From: Chlamydiota bacterium
GTDB taxonomy: Bacteria; Chlamydiota; Chlamydiia; Chlamydiales; 2-12-FULL-49-11
DNA: 64,000 nt
Assembly: GCA_023269435.1 (NCBI GenBank)
Contig: JAHFTJ010000001.1
Location: 45,329-109,328, forward strand
Direction: 5' to 3'
The notes beneath the pieces were generated by a model. It had not been told where the DNA came from, searched no databases, and saw only the letters and a list, made by a program, of their open reading frames with translations. Position numbers and translations under genes: made by a program. Shown one piece after another: positions 45,475-58,519 of the stretch; position 1 is the stretch's first letter, and each line of letters begins with the position of its first letter.

Positions 45475-46584
45475 TTAATTATTGCCTAAAAAATACAATT
45501 TTAGATCGTGCATTATGTAAGATGATCCAGTTATTATTACAATGTCTCTATTGCGTTTGGCTATTTCTACAAAAATAGAAAGTTGTATTAGTTGTGATAC
45601 GTTTGCAATAGTTTTAACTTCATCTTGCTTAAGCAGATTCGATTTGCCACTTTCGTATGCGAATATGCTTTGTGTATAATTTTGTATAATTGTTAATGAT
45701 TTTTTAATTTCTTTTTTTCCACTCATAGCAAATATTACAGAAAAAGTACGATCTTTAAACATTGTTTTTAATTTTGTAAATAATTTTTCAATCGCATCTA
45801 CATTATGGGCTATGTCAAATACTAATGTAAGATTTTTAATATCAATCACTTCTAATCTACATGGTTGACATAAATGAAACGTCTCCCCTATTTCCTCGGG
45901 TGTTATTAATGATAATGCTTTTCTAGCGATTGCGTCATTTTCTTTCCACCAATCTGGTTCTTGACAAAGAATGTAGAGTGGAGCTTTGCATTCAAATGCT
46001 GATCTAAAAATTGGCTGTAATGCAGCTCTATAACCAACAACAACCGGGGTTTCATATTTTATGATTCCAGCCTTATGCTCCCCTATTTCATATATGTTAT
46101 CTCCAAGGATCTCTACATGATCAATTGTAACATTAGTTATCACTGATAGTTCAGGATTTACTATATTAGTAGAATCAAGCTTACCACCGACTCCAACTTC
46201 TATAATAGCAAATTTAACACATTTACTTCTAAAATAGATAAATGCCGTCATTGTCAAAAGTTCAAAAAAATTAATATTAGGGACGATATCTAAAATTTTT
46301 TTTATGATATCTACCCCATCGCTATCTTCAATCATTTTAAAGTCTATTTGGATGCGCTCTCTGCACGTCTCTATGTGTGGTGATGTAAACAAACCAGTTT
46401 TATGCCCTTGCCTAGATAAAACTTTAGCTATTTTTGTCGATACAGACCCTTTCCCATTAGTTCCTGTTACGTGGATAGTTTTAAATGACTTTGATGGAAA
46501 ATCAAATAATTTATCCAACATTTTCATCGTATCGAAATTTGCCAAATTTTTTTTATCAACTATTTGTTTTATTATTAATTCCAT
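45475..46584 (-). CDS. folC: Folylpolyglutamate synthase/dihydrofolate synthase (Mur-ligase family)
   Basis: 369 aa. P-loop HVTGTNGKGS, then FTSPHIE and VITNVTIDH motifs. Confidence 0.8.
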   Translation of the reverse strand: MELIIKQIVDKKNLANFDTMKMLDKLFDFPSKSFKTIHVTGTNGKGSVSTKIAKVLSRQGHKTGLFTSPHIETCRERIQIDFKMIEDSDGVDIIKKILDIVPNINFFELLTMTAFIYFRSKCVKFAIIEVGVGGKLDSTNIVNPELSVITNVTIDHVEILGDNIYEIGEHKAGIIKYETPVVVGYRAALQPIFRSAFECKAPLYILCQEPDWWKENDAIARKALSLITPEEIGETFHLCQPCRLEVIDIKNLTLVFDIAHNVDAIEKLFTKLKTMFKDRTFSVIFAMSGKKEIKKSLTIIQNYTQSIFAYESGKSNLLKQDEVKTIANVSQLIQLSIFVEIAKRNRDIVIITGSSYIMHDLKLYFLGNN

Positions 46585-47384
46585 ATTTTATTTAAATTAT
46601 CTTCATCTGTATATGAATCGCCCATTTTTCTATACTCAACATTACTTCCATGATAATCTGAACCACCACTCATTATAAAATTATGTTTTTTTGCAATTTC
46701 TAATATACGTTTACTTGTAGAATGTGAAAATTTAGCGTAAAAACATTCTAAACCATCAAATGGAAAATTAACCAACTCTCTTAGCATGGAATGTTTTTTA
46801 ATTAAGATTGGATGCGCTAAAAACGCCTTCCCTTTTGCTTGATGGATAACGTCTATAGTTTTTGATACACTTATTTCATCTCCCTTAAAATAGCATGGTT
46901 TACCATCGCCTATCCATTTATCGAACGCCTCTTGCGTAGACTTAACGTATCCACTTTCAACCATTATTTTAGCTATATGTAGTCTTCCTATCGATTTTTC
47001 CAAATCTAAACATAATTTTTTTGAATCTATAGGCATGTTAGCTTTTTTTAATAATTCTAAAATATTAAGATTTCTGTTGATCCGTCTAAACTTGTGCATA
47101 AGACAAAAATCAATAAGAGATTTTGAATTCACATCGACCATATAACCTAAAATATGAAAGCTCTCGCCATTAAATGTAGATGAAAGCTCTACGCCTGCGA
47201 TCAATTTAATATCATTTTCATTCGCAAACGAAAATAATTTATCATTGTAACAATTAATTGTATCGTGATCTGTTATTGATATACCTGACAACCCTAACTC
47301 TTTAGCTTGTAAAATGAGACTCTCAGGGGTCTCTGTACCATCAGAATAAATTGAGTGCACATGTAAATCATATTTTTTAGTCAT
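46575..47384 (-). CDS. PHP-domain phosphoesterase (TrpH/YciV-like)
   Basis: 269 aa. YDLHVHSIYSDG, ISITDHDT, AHP and GGSDYHG metal-binding motifs. Confidence 0.8.
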   Translation of the reverse strand: MTKKYDLHVHSIYSDGTETPESLILQAKELGLSGISITDHDTINCYNDKLFSFANENDIKLIAGVELSSTFNGESFHILGYMVDVNSKSLIDFCLMHKFRRINRNLNILELLKKANMPIDSKKLCLDLEKSIGRLHIAKIMVESGYVKSTQEAFDKWIGDGKPCYFKGDEISVSKTIDVIHQAKGKAFLAHPILIKKHSMLRELVNFPFDGLECFYAKFSHSTSKRILEIAKKHNFIMSGGSDYHGSNVEYRKMGDSYTDEDNLNKIWN

Positions 47385-48243
47385 ATGAAATATACCTAAC
47401 TTCAGTTTGTAGCATTACATCACTTTTATCGCATACTTTAAATTGAATATATTTAATCAAATCTAAAACTTCTTTAGAGCTCGCATTACCTATATTAATT
47501 ATAAAATTACAATGAACCGTAGATACTTGTGCTCCACCTAATTTTAATCCTTTTAATCCACACTCTTCTATTAATTTTCCAGCGCTATACCCTTTTGGAT
47601 TATAAAACACACAACCGCAACTCTTTTCCCTGTATGGTTGCGTAGCTTTTCTATAATTTATCATCTCTATTTTACGTTTTTTAACACTATCATCATATTT
47701 TAATGAAAATTTTACAGACGCAATTGCGCCATCAATTTGTTGAAATACAGAGTGCCTATAACCAAATTGTCCATTTTCTTTAGAAAAATCATAGATAAAT
47801 CCATTTTTATGAATGTAGCAGATTGATTCAACTGCATCTTTAATTTCTAAACCATTAGCCCCTGCATTCATAAAAACAGCCCCTCCGACTGTGCCTGGAA
47901 TGCCAACACCAAATTCAAGACCTGATAACCCCTTCTTAGTTGCTTGAGATCCAAGTAAAGAAAAATTATACCCGCTTCCAACGTTTACAATATTTTCTCT
48001 CCATTCAATAAAGTTTATCTTATTCAAAACTACAACTCCATCAAATCCACGATCATCAAATAGTATATTCGATCCATTTCCAATTATAATAAACCTATCA
48101 CCTTCTTTATCAATTAGTTTCATCACTTCAACTAAAGATTCAATTCTGTTAACCTCTATAAATCTTTTAGCGTATCCACCTATTCCATAAGTAGTGTAGT
48201 TTTTCAATAAAATGTTTGATTTAAAATTTAAACTATTCATCAT
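47377..48243 (-). CDS. murB: UDP-N-acetylenolpyruvoylglucosamine reductase
   Basis: 288 aa with an FAD-binding domain (IIGNGSNILF, GIPGTVGGAVFMNAGA) and C-terminal GGAQVS..H.NFIIN. Confidence 0.92.
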   Translation of the reverse strand: MMNSLNFKSNILLKNYTTYGIGGYAKRFIEVNRIESLVEVMKLIDKEGDRFIIIGNGSNILFDDRGFDGVVVLNKINFIEWRENIVNVGSGYNFSLLGSQATKKGLSGLEFGVGIPGTVGGAVFMNAGANGLEIKDAVESICYIHKNGFIYDFSKENGQFGYRHSVFQQIDGAIASVKFSLKYDDSVKKRKIEMINYRKATQPYREKSCGCVFYNPKGYSAGKLIEECGLKGLKLGGAQVSTVHCNFIINIGNASSKEVLDLIKYIQFKVCDKSDVMLQTEVRYISYD

Positions 48244-48260
48244 TTAATGATTAGCTCGCC

Positions 48261-48701
48261 TTATACTATGGTGACTTGAAGGTTTATATCTTTATTTGCT
48301 TCATCAATAATAGCATGAACATATGTGCTACTACTTGTAGTAGAAAATTTTTTAGCAAGTCTAATAGCTTCTTGAATTACAATACCTACGTCAAACCCTT
48401 GTTCAAATCTCTCAAAAAAAGCAAGTCTTAAAATGCTAATATCAACTTTGGATATTCTCTCAATGTCGTACTCTTTAGAAACTTTTTTAATTTTATTGTC
48501 TATATCGCTAATTAATTCTATCACTTTTAAAGCTTTTTCCATAGCAAACATAAGATTCACCTTGGAAATCTCCAACTCTCTCATTATCAATTGATAACAC
48601 TCATCGCTAGATACGTCTCCACCCATTTCATGAAGGTAAACAAATAGTAAAATAGCTTCTCTCAATTTTTTTTGTGATATCATAACAAAATAAGATATCA
48701 T
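48261..48701 (-). CDS. nusB: Transcription antitermination factor NusB-like protein
   Basis: 146 aa, all-helical. REAILLFVY and ISILRLAFFE segments match the NusB pattern. Divergent. Confidence 0.6.
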   Translation of the reverse strand: MISYFVMISQKKLREAILLFVYLHEMGGDVSSDECYQLIMRELEISKVNLMFAMEKALKVIELISDIDNKIKKVSKEYDIERISKVDISILRLAFFERFEQGFDVGIVIQEAIRLAKKFSTTSSSTYVHAIIDEANKDINLQVTIV

Positions 48702-48852
48702 CTTTGCCTAACGAAATACAACTACAAAATACATAAAATCATGTTTACAATACATTCATAATATTTCAAAAAAAAATTGATAGATTAAAATTTAACCTGT
48801 AATTTACATAAAAATAAAAATAATGATATAATTTAATATAATTAATGGAGTA

Positions 48853-49134
48853 ATGATAATGACGCCTTTAACAACAGCTTTAGATAGTTATAAACATATA
48901 ATACCTTTTGGGAATCTTCAAATCTCAATATTAAAAAAAGTTGAATCAGCAGTATTTCTGATTCTAGAGACACTAATAAATGCAACTTATTATTTTTGTG
49001 AGCATATAACAAATGCAAATATTGGGGTACTTGAAAAAATAGTTATTTCTTTTTATGCATTTTTAATAACAATAACAACTATAATTTATTTTCCTATTAT
49101 TGTATTAGCTACTATAGTTGGCTTCAATTTATAA
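48853..49134 (+). CDS. Small hypothetical membrane protein
   Basis: 93 aa with a C-terminal ~28-aa hydrophobic stretch (ISFYAFLITITTIIYFPIIVLATIVGF). Weak call. Confidence 0.35.
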   Translation: MIMTPLTTALDSYKHIIPFGNLQISILKKVESAVFLILETLINATYYFCEHITNANIGVLEKIVISFYAFLITITTIIYFPIIVLATIVGFNL

Positions 49135-49189
49135 AAGTTAGAATTGTCCAACATTGACTCTTTCTGATAGCGATTTAAAATTTAATGCA

Positions 49190-49984
49190 TTATAAGAGTT
49201 GCTTCTGCGCTACCCCTAATTGTAAAAACAAATATTCAAGTAAATGCTTCATTGTTATATTACGTTCATTAGCTTCGTTAACTATGTTTATCAAATTCAA
49301 TAAACCATCTAAAGTTATTATATTTTTTTGCGCGCAAGCGATGAATGCATCTTTTTCTTGTTGAAAATTAAGATAATCGTGTGAGACAAGCTGTTTAATT
49401 AAATAAATGTCTCTATGAAAATTAAGAACGGTAGTTGTAATAGATATTAACGATATCCCACTTTTTTCTATTTCCTTTATTGTTTCGAATAATTGTCTGT
49501 AGTTTTGTAAGTAAACGTATTTTATTGCATTAACAATAAGAGTTGTATCAATTTCTTGTTCTTGAGTATGTATATAAATTTTTTGACAACGAGAAATTAC
49601 AGTTTGAGGTATAGAGTTAATATTTGTAGTTAAAAACAATATTATTACGAATGGTTTTTTTTCTTCAAGTGTTTTGAGAAGTTTATTAAAATGTATCATT
49701 AACATATGATCAACATGGTTGAATATATAAATTTTATATTTATTTTCTAATGGTGGTAAATTAAAATTTATTATAAATTCATTCAACGTGTTCATTTGAT
49801 ATAGATTGCTTTTGCTTTCTGGGTAAAAAACCTCTACATCTATCTCTCTTATCGGATTTATTTTTTTAGCAAAAATTTTTGCAGAAAGCTCTATTTGCAC
49901 ATAATTTTCTCCATACAAGATTAATGGCAAATAAAAATAACTTTTCTGTAGTATAGTCTTCAACTGATCATTTATAATAAACAT
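49190..49984 (-). CDS. holB: DNA polymerase III delta' subunit
   Basis: 264 aa. The ISRCQKIYI (SRC) motif, a degenerate P-loop region and a position downstream of and overlapping tmk are all typical. Confidence 0.7.
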   Translation of the reverse strand: MFIINDQLKTILQKSYFYLPLILYGENYVQIELSAKIFAKKINPIREIDVEVFYPESKSNLYQMNTLNEFIINFNLPPLENKYKIYIFNHVDHMLMIHFNKLLKTLEEKKPFVIILFLTTNINSIPQTVISRCQKIYIHTQEQEIDTTLIVNAIKYVYLQNYRQLFETIKEIEKSGISLISITTTVLNFHRDIYLIKQLVSHDYLNFQQEKDAFIACAQKNIITLDGLLNLINIVNEANERNITMKHLLEYLFLQLGVAQKQLL

Positions 49985-50613
49985 GATGCTAATTTGTTTT
50001 TTAGTACGCTTATAGCTTGCTCAAAAACAACCTCCGAATGAAACTGTGCGTCAATAATAAAAATCCTCTCTTTATTATTTTTAGCGATATTTAAATACCC
50101 ATCCCTAACTTTTTTATGAAATTCTATCCCTAAATTTTCTAAACGATCTTTCCCCCTTTTTAATCTTTTCAAGCCAACTTCTGGATCAAGATCTAAATAA
50201 AGAGTTAAATCTGGCGTTACATTATCAGCAGCAAAATTACATACCATCTCTACAAGATGAAGATTATCATTTACTCTAGCTACACCTTGATAAGCTAATG
50301 AAGAATCTGTAAATCTATCGCAAATAACTATTTTATTTTGTTGTAAAGCAGGTTTTATCACTGTATCTACATGATGCGCTCTATCAGCAAGAAACAATAG
50401 TAATTCTGCGCGCTTTGATATATCAACATCCCCTTGGTGTAAAAGAAGAGAACGTATGTGCGCACCAACGAGAGTAGCTCCAGGCTCATAAGTTTTAATT
50501 ACAGACCTAACGTCATGTTTTTGCAAATATTGATAAATTTTATCAACAAGGGTAGATTTTCCAGACCCCTCTCCACCCTCTACAGTTAAAAAAAATCCCA
50601 TTTTTTCGCTCAT
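49972..50613 (-). CDS. tmk: Thymidylate kinase
   Basis: P-loop FLTVEGGEGSGKST and DRFTDSSLAYQG. The start ATG overlaps the gyrA stop (TAATG). Confidence 0.93.
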   Translation of the reverse strand: MSEKMGFFLTVEGGEGSGKSTLVDKIYQYLQKHDVRSVIKTYEPGATLVGAHIRSLLLHQGDVDISKRAELLLFLADRAHHVDTVIKPALQQNKIVICDRFTDSSLAYQGVARVNDNLHLVEMVCNFAADNVTPDLTLYLDLDPEVGLKRLKRGKDRLENLGIEFHKKVRDGYLNIAKNNKERIFIIDAQFHSEVVFEQAISVLKNKLASCLL

Positions 50614-53099
50614 TACTCTATTTGTGGACTATCCACATCGCCATCGATATATTTGTGTTCTATTTTTTGTAAGGCAACTAAATTGTCGTCTGCTGGCATT
50701 TGCACCAATTTAACACCTTGTGTAGATCTCCCCATAACACGTATATCTTTCATTGATGTTCTAAGTGTTTGACCAGATTTAGACATCATCAAAATACTGT
50801 CGTTGTCAGTTACAGTTAACGCCCCTATAACAAAACCATTACGTTTATTTGTAATAATTGATCTAACACCCTTTCCACCTCTATTAGTTTGTCTAAAATC
50901 GATAACTTGAGATCGTTTCCCAAATCCATTTTCACATACAAGGAGTAATGTATCTTCTGACGTAACAACTTCGCAAGATACAACGCAATCGTCTTTATCT
51001 TTCATTGTTACACCTCTAACTCCCCTAGCAGTTCGTCCAATTGCTCTAGACAAAGCTTCATCAAACCTAACCGCCATCCCTTTTCTAGTAAAAAGCATTA
51101 TTTGTTGAGACGTTCTAACTAACTTGGCGGCTATTACCTCATCACCTTCATCTATGGTAATTGCATGAACGCCTTTTTTTCTAGGCGACGAATAACTGCT
51201 AAGTTGAGTCTTTTTAATTACCCCATTTTTTGTTGAAAACAATATACAAGCTTCATCTTCGAAATTTTCTATACGTAAAACTGCAGCTATTCTCTCTTCT
51301 TTTGCTATTCCATCAATTAAATTAACTAACGCTTTACCTTTCGACTTTCTTGTAGCCTCAGGAATTTGCCAAACCTTAAGCCAATAACACCTGCCAAAAT
51401 TAGTGAAGACTAGGAGATTGTCGTGCGTATTTGCTATATAGACGTCTTTTAACCCGTCTGCTTCTTTTTTTACATCTACACCTGTAACTCCGTGCCCACC
51501 TCGTTTTTGTTCTTTAAATGTACTCATAGGCATTCTTTTTACATAATCATCTAATGAGATAGTGATAATTATAGATTCATTTGGAATGAGATCTTCCATC
51601 TGAAACCCATCTTCAAAAGTATCTGTAATTTTAGTTAACCTCTTGCTCTTATCAAGTTTTTGAACTTCATTTAATTCTTTTTTAATTATATCAAAAACTT
51701 TTTGTTCTGAAGCAAGTATAGCTCTATACTCTCCTATTTTATCTATAAGCTCTTTGTGCTCATTTTCTATCTTTTCTCTCTCTAATCCTGTCAATTGGTA
51801 CAATCGTAATTCTAAAATTGCATCAGATTGCCTATCTGTAAATTCATAATTTTTTATCAAAGCAAATTTAGCATCAGATTTATCTTTGCTACTTCTGATA
51901 AGTCTAACTATCGCATCAAGATGATCTAGCGCTTTTAGATAACCTTCTAACACATGCGCTCTAGCTTCTGCTTTTTTTAATTCAAACCTTACGCGTCTAC
52001 ATATAACTTCTACCCTATGATCTAACCAAGACAATATTAACTGCTTAATATTCATAGTCTTAGGAAGACCATTGTCTAAAGCTAACATATTACAGCCAAA
52101 TGTAACTTGCATATCAGTGTGTTTAAATAATTGATTTAAAATAACATCTGATATTTCGTTACGTTTTAACTCTATAACTATACGCATCCCCTGCTTGTCA
52201 GATTCGTCTCGAATATCTGATATTCCAGTTATAGTCTTTGCGTTTACAAGATCAGCCACCTTAGCTATCAACATAGATTTATTGACATTGTAAGGGATCT
52301 CATCTATTACAATTTTTGTTTTATCAGATCCATCTTTTTCCTCAAGATGATAGACGCCTCGTAATATTAATTTTCCCCTTCCAGTATGAAAGGCCTCGTA
52401 AATACCCTTTCTACCACAAATAATTCCACCAGTTGGAAAATCTGGGCCAGGCATCACATCCATTATTTGATCTATTGTAACATCTCGATTATCTACTACT
52501 AAAATAGTTGCGTCTATCAATTCGTTTAAATTGTGAGGAGGAATTGTAGTTGCCATTCCAACAGCTATGCCAGAAGATCCGTTACAAAGCAAATTTGGAA
52601 ATTTTGATGGAAAAACAACAGGCTCATGTTTAGTCTCGTCATAGTTTGGTATATAATCTACTGTTTCTTTCTCTAAATCCTCCATCAGAGCCATTGCCAA
52701 TTGAGTAAGCTTGGCCTCTGTATATCTCATGGCGGCAGGTGGATCGCCATCAACAGAACCAAAGTTACCTTGACCATTTATAAGTGTATATCTCATTATC
52801 CATGGTTGAGCCATTCTAACAAGCGTAGGATATATAACAGTCTCGCCATGCGGATGGTAATCACCAGACGTGTCACCGGCAATTTTAGCGCATTTCCTAT
52901 GTTTACCGCCTGGAGCTAAGTTGAGCTGTCTCATTGCGTATAAAATACGTCTTTGTGACGGCTTAAGGCCATCTCTTGCATCTGGCAAAGCCCGTGAAAT
53001 AATTACAGACATTGAATAACGTAAATAACTTTGCTTTAATTCATCTTCTATATTTCGTACGATGATTATTTCATTTTTTTTATTATCTTTTTCGTTCAT
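50613..53099 (-). CDS. gyrA: DNA gyrase subunit A
   Basis: 828 aa. Active-site region AMRYTEAKL, the QRDR-type GDTSGDYHPHGETVIY segment and C-terminal beta-pinwheel repeats. Confidence 0.97.
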   Translation of the reverse strand: MNEKDNKKNEIIIVRNIEDELKQSYLRYSMSVIISRALPDARDGLKPSQRRILYAMRQLNLAPGGKHRKCAKIAGDTSGDYHPHGETVIYPTLVRMAQPWIMRYTLINGQGNFGSVDGDPPAAMRYTEAKLTQLAMALMEDLEKETVDYIPNYDETKHEPVVFPSKFPNLLCNGSSGIAVGMATTIPPHNLNELIDATILVVDNRDVTIDQIMDVMPGPDFPTGGIICGRKGIYEAFHTGRGKLILRGVYHLEEKDGSDKTKIVIDEIPYNVNKSMLIAKVADLVNAKTITGISDIRDESDKQGMRIVIELKRNEISDVILNQLFKHTDMQVTFGCNMLALDNGLPKTMNIKQLILSWLDHRVEVICRRVRFELKKAEARAHVLEGYLKALDHLDAIVRLIRSSKDKSDAKFALIKNYEFTDRQSDAILELRLYQLTGLEREKIENEHKELIDKIGEYRAILASEQKVFDIIKKELNEVQKLDKSKRLTKITDTFEDGFQMEDLIPNESIIITISLDDYVKRMPMSTFKEQKRGGHGVTGVDVKKEADGLKDVYIANTHDNLLVFTNFGRCYWLKVWQIPEATRKSKGKALVNLIDGIAKEERIAAVLRIENFEDEACILFSTKNGVIKKTQLSSYSSPRKKGVHAITIDEGDEVIAAKLVRTSQQIMLFTRKGMAVRFDEALSRAIGRTARGVRGVTMKDKDDCVVSCEVVTSEDTLLLVCENGFGKRSQVIDFRQTNRGGKGVRSIITNKRNGFVIGALTVTDNDSILMMSKSGQTLRTSMKDIRVMGRSTQGVKLVQMPADDNLVALQKIEHKYIDGDVDSPQIE

Positions 53100-53102
53100 A
53101 AT

Positions 53103-55945
<2,843 letters not shown>

Positions 55946-55996
55946 TTTAATAAAATTGTAGAAAAATAGAGCCTTAAATGCTATACTTTTTTCATT

Positions 55997-57817
55997 ATGT
56001 ATAACACAAAATCAATTCGCAACGTTGCTATAGTTGCACACATAGATCATGGAAAAACAACGCTCATCGATGGTCTGTTAAGACAGGCTGAGATTTACCG
56101 AGAAGATGAAGTTATCCCTACTCGTGTAATGGATATGTTTGATCTTGAAAAAGAACGTGGAATTACAATATTCGCTAAACACACTAGCCTTCCGTTCGAA
56201 GGTTATAAAATTAATTTGATAGACACCCCTGGCCACGCAGATTTTTCTGGCGAAGTGGAAAGAGTGTTAACGATGGTAAATGCAGTGCTATTATTAATAG
56301 ATGCACAAGACGGTCCTATGCCTCAAACTAGATTTGTTTTATCACAAGCGCTGAAACAAGGGATACAACCAATAGTTGTCTTAAACAAAATCGATAGAAT
56401 TCATGCTGACCCTGAACGCGCATTAAACCTAACATTCGATTTATTTACAGAGCTTGGAGCTACAGAAGAACAGTTAGATTTTGCTTACTGTTACGCTTCA
56501 GGGTTATCTGGATATGCTATATTAAAGTTAGACGATCCAAGAGTTGATATGAGACCGCTGTTTGAACTAATTATAGAAAAAGTTCCAGCTCCAACTGGAA
56601 GCATAGATGAACCATTCTTAATGCAGGCGTTAACACTGCAATACAGCGACTTTTTAGGTCGCCAAGCGACAGGACGAATTCTTCAGGGAAAAATAGAAAA
56701 AGGGGAGCAAGTTACCAGAATCGATAAAAATGGTCATCCAACAAATCATAAAATTACACTTATAGAAGGCTACCATGGATTGAAGCGCGTTGCATTAGAC
56801 GTGGCAGGTGTTGGTGACATTGTAAACATTTCTGGAATTGAAGAAATTATGATTGGCGATACATTGTGCAGCCCAGACCATATAGTTCAATTGCCTCCGC
56901 TTTCATTAGGAGAACCAACAATATCTGTAGATGTCTTGGTAAACAATAGCCCATTTGTAGGTCGTGACGGTAAGCATGTCACAATGAACAAGATAAAAGA
57001 ACGCTTAAATAAGGAAAAAAGATCAAACGTCTCTTTGCATATAGAAGAGATCCATGGTCGCGAAGATGCAATACGAATGTCTGGGAGAGGGGAACTTCAT
57101 CTGTCAATTGTGATAGAGACTATGAGGAGAGAAGGTTTTGAATTCAGCATAACTAAACCAAAAGTTATCATTAAGGATATCGATGGAGAGCAATGCGAGC
57201 CTTATGAAATTGCACATATTGAAGTTCCACAACAATATTCCGGTGCTATTATCGAAGAATTATCAAGGCGTAAAGGTGAATTGCGTTCATTAAGTACAAA
57301 CGAGCACAATGTTACAAAAATAGAATTCTATATTCCAACACGATCTTTGATGGGATACAGGAACGAATTTTTGACAGTAACAAAAGGCGAGGGCGTTCTT
57401 ACTTCAGCTTTTAGTGAATTCGCACCTAAAAAACAAGGTGTACCAGGCAAAAAAACAGGATCATTAATAGCCTCTACAACAGGCAGATGTACCCCTTATG
57501 CTATATTCAATCTTCAAGACAGAGGCGTATTCTTTATAAAAGAGGGCGACGAGGTCTATGAAGGGATGATATTAGGCGAACATAGCCGTGTAAATGATTT
57601 AATTGTTAACATCGTTAAAGAAAAACATCTAACAAACGTACGCGCTGCATGTAAGGATGAAAATATAATCATCTCTCCACCACGAATACTTAGCCTTGAA
57701 CAAGCAATAGATGTAATAAGCGATGATGAAATGATAGAAGTTACACCACATCACATACGTTTAAGAAAAATTTATCTAAAAGAAGCTGAAAGAAAGACAA
57801 CGACAAAATCTAAATAA
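55997..57817 (+). CDS. typA: Translational GTPase TypA/BipA
   Basis: 606 aa. G1 AHIDHGKTT, G3 DTPGHADF, G4 NKID and the BipA-specific C-terminal domain. Confidence 0.95.
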   Translation: MYNTKSIRNVAIVAHIDHGKTTLIDGLLRQAEIYREDEVIPTRVMDMFDLEKERGITIFAKHTSLPFEGYKINLIDTPGHADFSGEVERVLTMVNAVLLLIDAQDGPMPQTRFVLSQALKQGIQPIVVLNKIDRIHADPERALNLTFDLFTELGATEEQLDFAYCYASGLSGYAILKLDDPRVDMRPLFELIIEKVPAPTGSIDEPFLMQALTLQYSDFLGRQATGRILQGKIEKGEQVTRIDKNGHPTNHKITLIEGYHGLKRVALDVAGVGDIVNISGIEEIMIGDTLCSPDHIVQLPPLSLGEPTISVDVLVNNSPFVGRDGKHVTMNKIKERLNKEKRSNVSLHIEEIHGREDAIRMSGRGELHLSIVIETMRREGFEFSITKPKVIIKDIDGEQCEPYEIAHIEVPQQYSGAIIEELSRRKGELRSLSTNEHNVTKIEFYIPTRSLMGYRNEFLTVTKGEGVLTSAFSEFAPKKQGVPGKKTGSLIASTTGRCTPYAIFNLQDRGVFFIKEGDEVYEGMILGEHSRVNDLIVNIVKEKHLTNVRAACKDENIIISPPRILSLEQAIDVISDDEMIEVTPHHIRLRKIYLKEAERKTTTKSK

Positions 57818-57844
57818 AAGTTTAGCGATTACAATCTTTTTTAA

Positions 57845-58519
57845 ATGAATAATAAAAAAGCATCAAAAGACTCTATAATCGATGTATTTGATCGCATAGC
57901 GCAATCATATGATAAATTTGATGCGATTTTATCTTTTTGGTGTGGTTTGCATTGGCGTAAAAAACTTAAAAATTATTTGCCAAAAAAACCAAATCTTTTA
58001 CTTGTCGATTTGGCTACTGGAACATGTAATCAAATTTTAGCTCTTTCAGACAATAAGCACATCGATAAATTTATAGGATTTGATCTTTCAGAAAAAATGT
58101 TGACAATTGGATTAAAAAAAATTATAGCAGCTAAAATAACAAACAAGGTCGACTTAAGGTTAGGAAATATATTAAAAATACCATTTTCTGACAATAGAGC
58201 AGACTGTGTGACTATCTCGTTTGGAATTAGATATACAGACGATTATAAGAGATGTTTAATGGAGGCATTTCGTATATTAAAATGCAACGGCCGTATAATA
58301 ATTTTAGAATCTACCAAGCCTAAATTAGCCTTACAATTATGTAAATATATTTATAAAAATTTTGACGCTTATTATCATTTAAATAAAAACATTGATGAAT
58401 TTCAAAGTTGCGACAATTTCATTAAACTTATGCATGAGGTTGGCCTTCAAAAAGTTAAGCGCATATTAATTGGATTTGGAATTGGATCTATATATATTGG
58501 GGATAAAATTGCACAATAA
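57845..58519 (+). CDS. ubiE: UbiE/MenG-family (demethylmenaquinone) methyltransferase
   Basis: 224 aa. VFDRIAQSYDKFDAILSFWCGLHWRK and the SAM motif VDLATGT. Confidence 0.8.
   Translation: MNNKKASKDSIIDVFDRIAQSYDKFDAILSFWCGLHWRKKLKNYLPKKPNLLLVDLATGTCNQILALSDNKHIDKFIGFDLSEKMLTIGLKKIIAAKITNKVDLRLGNILKIPFSDNRADCVTISFGIRYTDDYKRCLMEAFRILKCNGRIIILESTKPKLALQLCKYIYKNFDAYYHLNKNIDEFQSCDNFIKLMHEVGLQKVKRILIGFGIGSIYIGDKIAQ

Noticed and set aside
45028-45478. Two extra ORFs (148 aa on the - strand, 132 aa on the + strand) over the Gln-rich repeat region
   Set aside because: Stop-free alternative frames are a by-product of the CAA/CAG-rich tandem repeat. Only the 44749-45471 frame has a start context and an N-terminal membrane domain.
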